64,000 nt of DNA from Schizochytrium sp. TIO01 (lineage: Eukaryota > Protista > Bigyra: Labyrinthulomycetes). The stretch's first letter is position 1; each line of letters begins with the position of its first letter. The stretch is from NCBI GenBank assembly GCA_004764695.1, contig SMSO01000004.1:806001-870000 (forward strand), written 5' to 3'. The notes below the pieces were generated by a model. It was not told where the DNA came from. It saw only the letters and a list, made by a program, of their open reading frames with translations, and ran no database searches. This document shows, piece after piece, positions 56,401 through 62,400 of this stretch. The translations under genes were made by a program, and so were the position numbers.

Positions 56401-59400
56401 ACATGAATGTCAAAGTACTTGGCACTCAGAATCTTCTTAGGTACTTTCCGAAGGCTTCCTTTATGGGCTTTTCCTCAACTTCTAGTATATTTGGTATGAA
56501 AGATGCACCAGCATATGCTATGTGTAACGCAGCCATGGAGTTTGAAGTTGACAAGGCTCGGAATCAAGGCCGGCATGCAGTAGCAATTCTGTGGGACCTT
56601 TGGAAAGAAACAGGTATGGCTAGTGACCGTGCTATGGGAAGCGAGCACCGAGGTCTTAGTACACGACGCGGTTGTCAAATCTTGCTTGGTATTTTGCAAA
56701 TTTGGCACGAGCAAGACTCGCATATGCTTGTAATTCTTGCGGCGAACCTCCAGCGCTTACGTAAAACAATTAGCGAACCTGCTCTTCTAGACGATTTAAC
56801 AACAGCTGAGTATGTATCGACCTCACAGTCTGCAAATGTGACACACTTTAAAGCAGCATCAAGCTTACAGCTCACTCTTGCTGACCAAACTTTGGAAACT
56901 TGGCCAAGTTTGATTGAAGAATGGATTTTGAAAAAGTCCAAGCAGCTGCAAGCAAGCCATACTAGTGAAATTGATTCTCTGACTCCTTGGCAGCAAGCGG
57001 GATTTGATTCCCTATCCATGACTGAATTCACTGCTTCTCTAAATACATCGCTTGGGCTGAAAGGCACCATGGACGAACTTTCTGACACGGTTATGTTTGA
57101 TCATCCCAATCCAAACGATCTTGCCAAATACATTGCAGAATTGTACAAGACTACAGCAGCTGCTGCAAGCACACGCACTACTGAACCCCCCATGCGAGAC
57201 ACCAGAACTAAAGGATCAGCAGAGGCAGAGGCAGAGGCTGCTATTGTCAGCATCGCTCTTCGTTTTCCTGGTAGTCGGGAAAATTCAACTCCAGCTGGTT
57301 TTTGGGATTTCTTATGCAGTGGGAAAGATGCTATTGTAAATATCCCGCGAGCGAGAATTCCTGATCTAGCAACGGCACCAGGAGAGAATCTTCATCAAGT
57401 CTATGTTCGCAAGGGTGCTTTTCTACACCCAGATCTTTTCCATGCAGATATTAGCAAGAGTGGGTTGTCGCTCTCAGATGCCGAGTGTGAGATCATTGAT
57501 CCACATCAGCGCCTGTCACTACAGGTTGCAGCTGAAGCACTTGCTTCGGCTGAAAAAACTGGAGCCGATATGACCTGCGTAGGCGTCTTTGTTGGAGCAC
57601 AAAATACGGAGTATATCCTGTCACAGGCTCATAAAGTGAGCACTTATACTGCTACAGGTACAGCGCTCTCCATCATTGCAAACCGCATTTCGTTTGTCTT
57701 TAATCTTACAGGGCCCTCTATGACTGTTGATACTGCCTGCTCGTCATCACTCGTAGCACTGGACGCAGCTTTGAAAGCCCTACATGCAGGAGATTGTACA
57801 AGTGCCTTAGTTCTTGCAGTTGACTTAATGCTCTCACCTCATAGGTTTGAAACAACATGTGCAGCCCAAATGCTTTCTCCCCAAGGTCGCTGTGCAACAT
57901 TCTCTGATCAAGCGGATGGCTACGCCCGCGGTGAAGGCTGTGCAGCCCTAGTAATAACGCTTGATTCAACTTGCAATCTTCCTGCATGGGGGGTTGTTCG
58001 CGGAATTGCCTTAAATCAGGATGGTCGAAGTGCAAACCTCACTTCGCCACGGGGTCCGGCACAAGTTGCCTGTATTGAGCGTGCACTTCAAAGAGCAAGC
58101 CTTAATAGTATTGAAGAAGTGTCCTTTATTGAAGCACATGGTACAGGAACAAAACTTGGCGACCCCCAAGAGATGGAGGCTTTATCAGCAGTCTTTAAAA
58201 CTCGTACGAAACCTTTGCCTGTTGGTGCTGTGAAATCCTCCATTGGTCACCTCGAGGCTGCTGCTGGCCTAGCAGGTATCATCAAATCGCTCTTGTGTCT
58301 CAAAAATGGATCCGTGCCGGCGAATTTACATTGCAATAACCTTAATCCAAGACTTTTGCGGATTCAAGGTCGTTGCCCTCTTGTATTTCCTAAATGCAGT
58401 GTAGAGCTTAATGCAAAGGCAGAAGGCCGTTTGGCCGGAGTATCTTCGTTTGGTTTCGGAGGCACAAATGGCCATGTGGTGCTTTCAGGTGTCTCAGAGG
58501 AACGCTCCTCCCGCGCGGAGATGTGTTTTGTGTCTAAACTTCTTCCTGCTAAAGTGTTCAAGCTCCAGCAACAATTAACAGGGTCTTCGTCGCATGCTTC
58601 GCAACAACGGTGGAAGTTCAAGATGCTCTCGGAGATGACAAACCTGATTCGCAATCATCGTGTGGGCGATCTTTCTGTACTTCCAGCAACTTCTTACATG
58701 GAAATAGTCCAGCCACTTTTTGAGGGGAAAGCTTTGTCGTTCTCAAATCTTGATTTGCGAAGCATGTACTTTATTCCAGACAATGAAGAGGAATTAGAGT
58801 TTGATGTTACTTATGACCTTTCCAGTGAAATTGTGTCAATCATTTCCTCGAGAGATCATTGTCTACGAGCTCAAATGAACGTCAAAACAAACCAGTCTTT
58901 GGTTTCAAGAAGAGTTGATTTACCTGTGATCCAGCAACGGTGTACCATTGAGCTGCCAGGTGGGGATGACCTTTATCAAGGAGTTGGTAATCAGTATGCT
59001 GGTCCTTTTCGTAGCCTCAAGTTTGCATGGGCGAACCAAGATGGCAGTGAGCTGTTAGGCAAGCTTTCAGTTGATCAAAACGTTGCCCTTGACGTTCTTT
59101 CTTCAGCCTGGCTAGATGCAGCTAGCCATGTTGCATTAGCTGCACTTCAACCTAGTGAGAGAAAACAGCCAGTATACGCTGCAAAAGTTATTGGATATGA
59201 GCTAGCAGATGTTCAAACCAAGCAAAACGCTGCCAAAGATTCCTTTCTCTGGACTTACATCAAACAGGTCTCTCTAAATACCTTTGACATGCAAATTTTT
59301 CGTAAAACAGGTGAGGTATTGGCTGAGGTTCATAACTTTAGCTTTGGGTTTTTCTCACGAGGAGCATCTCTGAATTCCGGGATGGCAAATGAGCAAAACT

Positions 59401-62400
59401 TGTTGTGGAAAGATAACTGGGAGAGTATACTTACCACGAGTAATAGCTCGGATTTCGTCTCAAATGAGAAGATGGAAATTCTGGATGTGAATACGACTCC
59501 GAAACTTCTCACCCAGCTGACCCATATACTAAGCCAACATTCTGCTGCTTCCTTGTTGATTCCGATTCGAGACCCTGGGCAGCGGGGATTGGTTGCCTGT
59601 GTCCGCCGAGAATACCCGCATGCCACACTTTCCACTATTGGCGGTGAACAAATTGATTTGCCAACTCTTCAGAATATCTTGCTCATCGCACAGGGTCTTC
59701 CAGGAAATGTTGATCTACGGTTGAAAAGTGAAGACCGGGACTCGAGCAACCCGAATTTAGAAATATTGCGAGGGCTCGAGCCAATAATTACTTGCGCTGA
59801 TGAACTCCCCCTTGTGCAAATCATCAAAGGTGCCACCTACATTATTACTGGTGGTGCTGGGGCACTTGGACAACATTTTGGCTCATATATTGCTGCATAT
59901 GGTGGTATTGTTATCCTTCTTGGGCGAACTAAACCTGAACACGAAATCCCGGAAGGTTGTACATTTTTAAGTTGTGATATAACTTGCAATGATGCAGTGA
60001 AGGAGGTCGTTCGCCGCTGTAAAGATTTAAGAGGCATTATTCATTGTGCTGGACTCCTCAAAGACGCTACTCTTCAAACTGCCAGCGTAGCAGACTTTGA
60101 CATAATCTCTGCACCCAAGATCTTCGGAATTAAAACCCTTTTGCAACAAGCAGATTGCAAGTCCTTGGATTTTTGTGTGCTTTTCTCCTCGATAGCGGCA
60201 TCGGTTGGATCTGCCGGGCAAAGCATTTATGGGTCAGTAAATGCAGAGCTTGACATGCTCGCACATGAACTTCATTGTAGCGGAATGAATGTTGTAAGCA
60301 TTCGATGGGGCCCCTGGGCGGGTGCTGGAATGGCATCTTCTCTAACAGAGAAGTGGAGACGTATGCAGCTAGTCCCTTTGAAACCAGAGGATGCAGTGCG
60401 AGAACTCTTTAATATTCCTCGAGGGATGCCTGTGGTAACTATTTGTGGATTCATTCAAGAGAACAAAGAAATAAAACTTGAGAAGCAAGCGAGAGAATCA
60501 ATAGATTACCAATCACCCCGTACGAAGGAAGAACTAATTAACTTGGTTTTGAACATCGCGCAAGAAGTAAGCCCTGACCATTCTTCATTCGAACTGGATG
60601 ACTCCTGGAGAGAAGCTGGGCTAGATAGTCTTGCTATGGTTGAATTTCGAAACGTTCTTCAGAGTCGTTTAGGTGGCTCCTCTATTATTGAAATTGAAGA
60701 CACAATACTCTTTGACTACCCAAATGCATCGTTGCTTGTTGAGTGGTTGACAGAGAAACTCCCAGTTCAAATCCAGGGTGAAACTACAGGCGCTGCATCT
60801 CCTCAACAAAACGATGACGATTCTCATATTCAATCGTGGCTTGTTACAGGGGCTGCATGTCGCCTTCCAGCTGGCGTAGACTCTCTTGAGAAATACTGGC
60901 AGCTTTTGTGCTCTGGAGAACATGCCATGCAAAAAATTCCCAAGTCGAGATTTGATATTGAGGCTGCCTTCGATGCAGATCCATCAACACCATTTAAATC
61001 CTATGTTGACCAAGCAGCTCTCGTTGACGACATATACTCATTCGATAATAGTAAGTTTGGAATCTCCGATCAAGAAGCCATTCGCATGGACCCTCAGCAA
61101 AGACTTGCCGTGGAGTGTGCATATGAAGCAATGGTTAGCGCTGGCCTTGCCGAAGAACCCACGAAAGCCGGTACAAAACTTTCTTTGCGAAACATTAAAA
61201 TGTCGGAAGTTGGAGTCTATGTTGGAATGATGACGAATGACTGGGCTAAAATGAATCACGGTGCCCCTTCACCATTTACAGCCACAGGACACTCGCCCGC
61301 AATTGCAGCAAATAGGATTTCTTATCTTCTAGGGCTGACTGGCCCAAGTATGACGGTTGACACCGCCTGCAGCTCTTCAATTGTTGCACTTGACGCTGCT
61401 TGCCGGGCCTTAAGCAGTGGTGATTGTGACGCTGCAATTGTAATTGGGGTCAATCTCATTCTGACGTCAGATCTTTTCATAGAAGAATGCGCTGCACGAA
61501 TGCTTTCTCCCCGTGGTTTCTGCTCAACATTTTCAGCTGAAGCTGATGGATATGCCCGGGGTGAAGGGTGTGTTGCTTTAGTGTTACAGCGAAAAAAACA
61601 CAATCATGTAGAGGACTCCCAAAGAGTATTAGGAGAAATCTTAGGTGTTGCTGTGAACCAAGATGGTCGCAGTGCAAACATTACATCCCCAAATGGGCGT
61701 GCACAGGAAGAGGTTATTCGTATGGCACTGAAGCGAGCCCATGCTACGCCACAACAAATTGCGTATGTTGAAACACATGGTACTGGAACCGCGCTAGGAG
61801 ATCCACTTGAAATTAGCGCCCTAGCAAGAGTATTTGCTGACCGCGAAACTCCTCTGATCATAGGTGCTGCAAAGGCATCTATTGGACATACTGAAGGGGC
61901 ATCTGGTTTGGCTGGACTTCTCAAAGCACTCCTTTGTGTGTATTTTAAAGAAGTGCCTGGCCTGGCAAGTTTAGCGAAAAAGACCGATCTTAGTCCTAAA
62001 GTGCGCAACGCTGCTCTGGAACACATGGTGTTTCCTGTTCGTGGAAATTTGCAAAGCCTCCCCAGCAATTCTCTTGTAGGACTTTCAAGCTTTGGCTTCG
62101 GAGGAACAAACACGCACACAATTCTGAGAGCTTCTTCAGGTAAAGCTAAGTTTGATTTGTCTCTAGCATCTAGGTCAATCGTATGGACACGAAAAACATT
62201 TTTACCTCGTGTTACGAGTGTCAAGTCCCATGGTGGGTGTAACAAAGTGCAGGAAACGTCTACGCGAGTCGAGAACCAACTTAATCCCTCGAATCAGAAA
62301 GACGTTCCACAAAGGCATGCCCTCCTATCAGCGGGTTCGCTACCGGAAAATGAATGTCCAACCATGTTTGGGGTTAAATCAAAGCTCCCAACATACGCAC

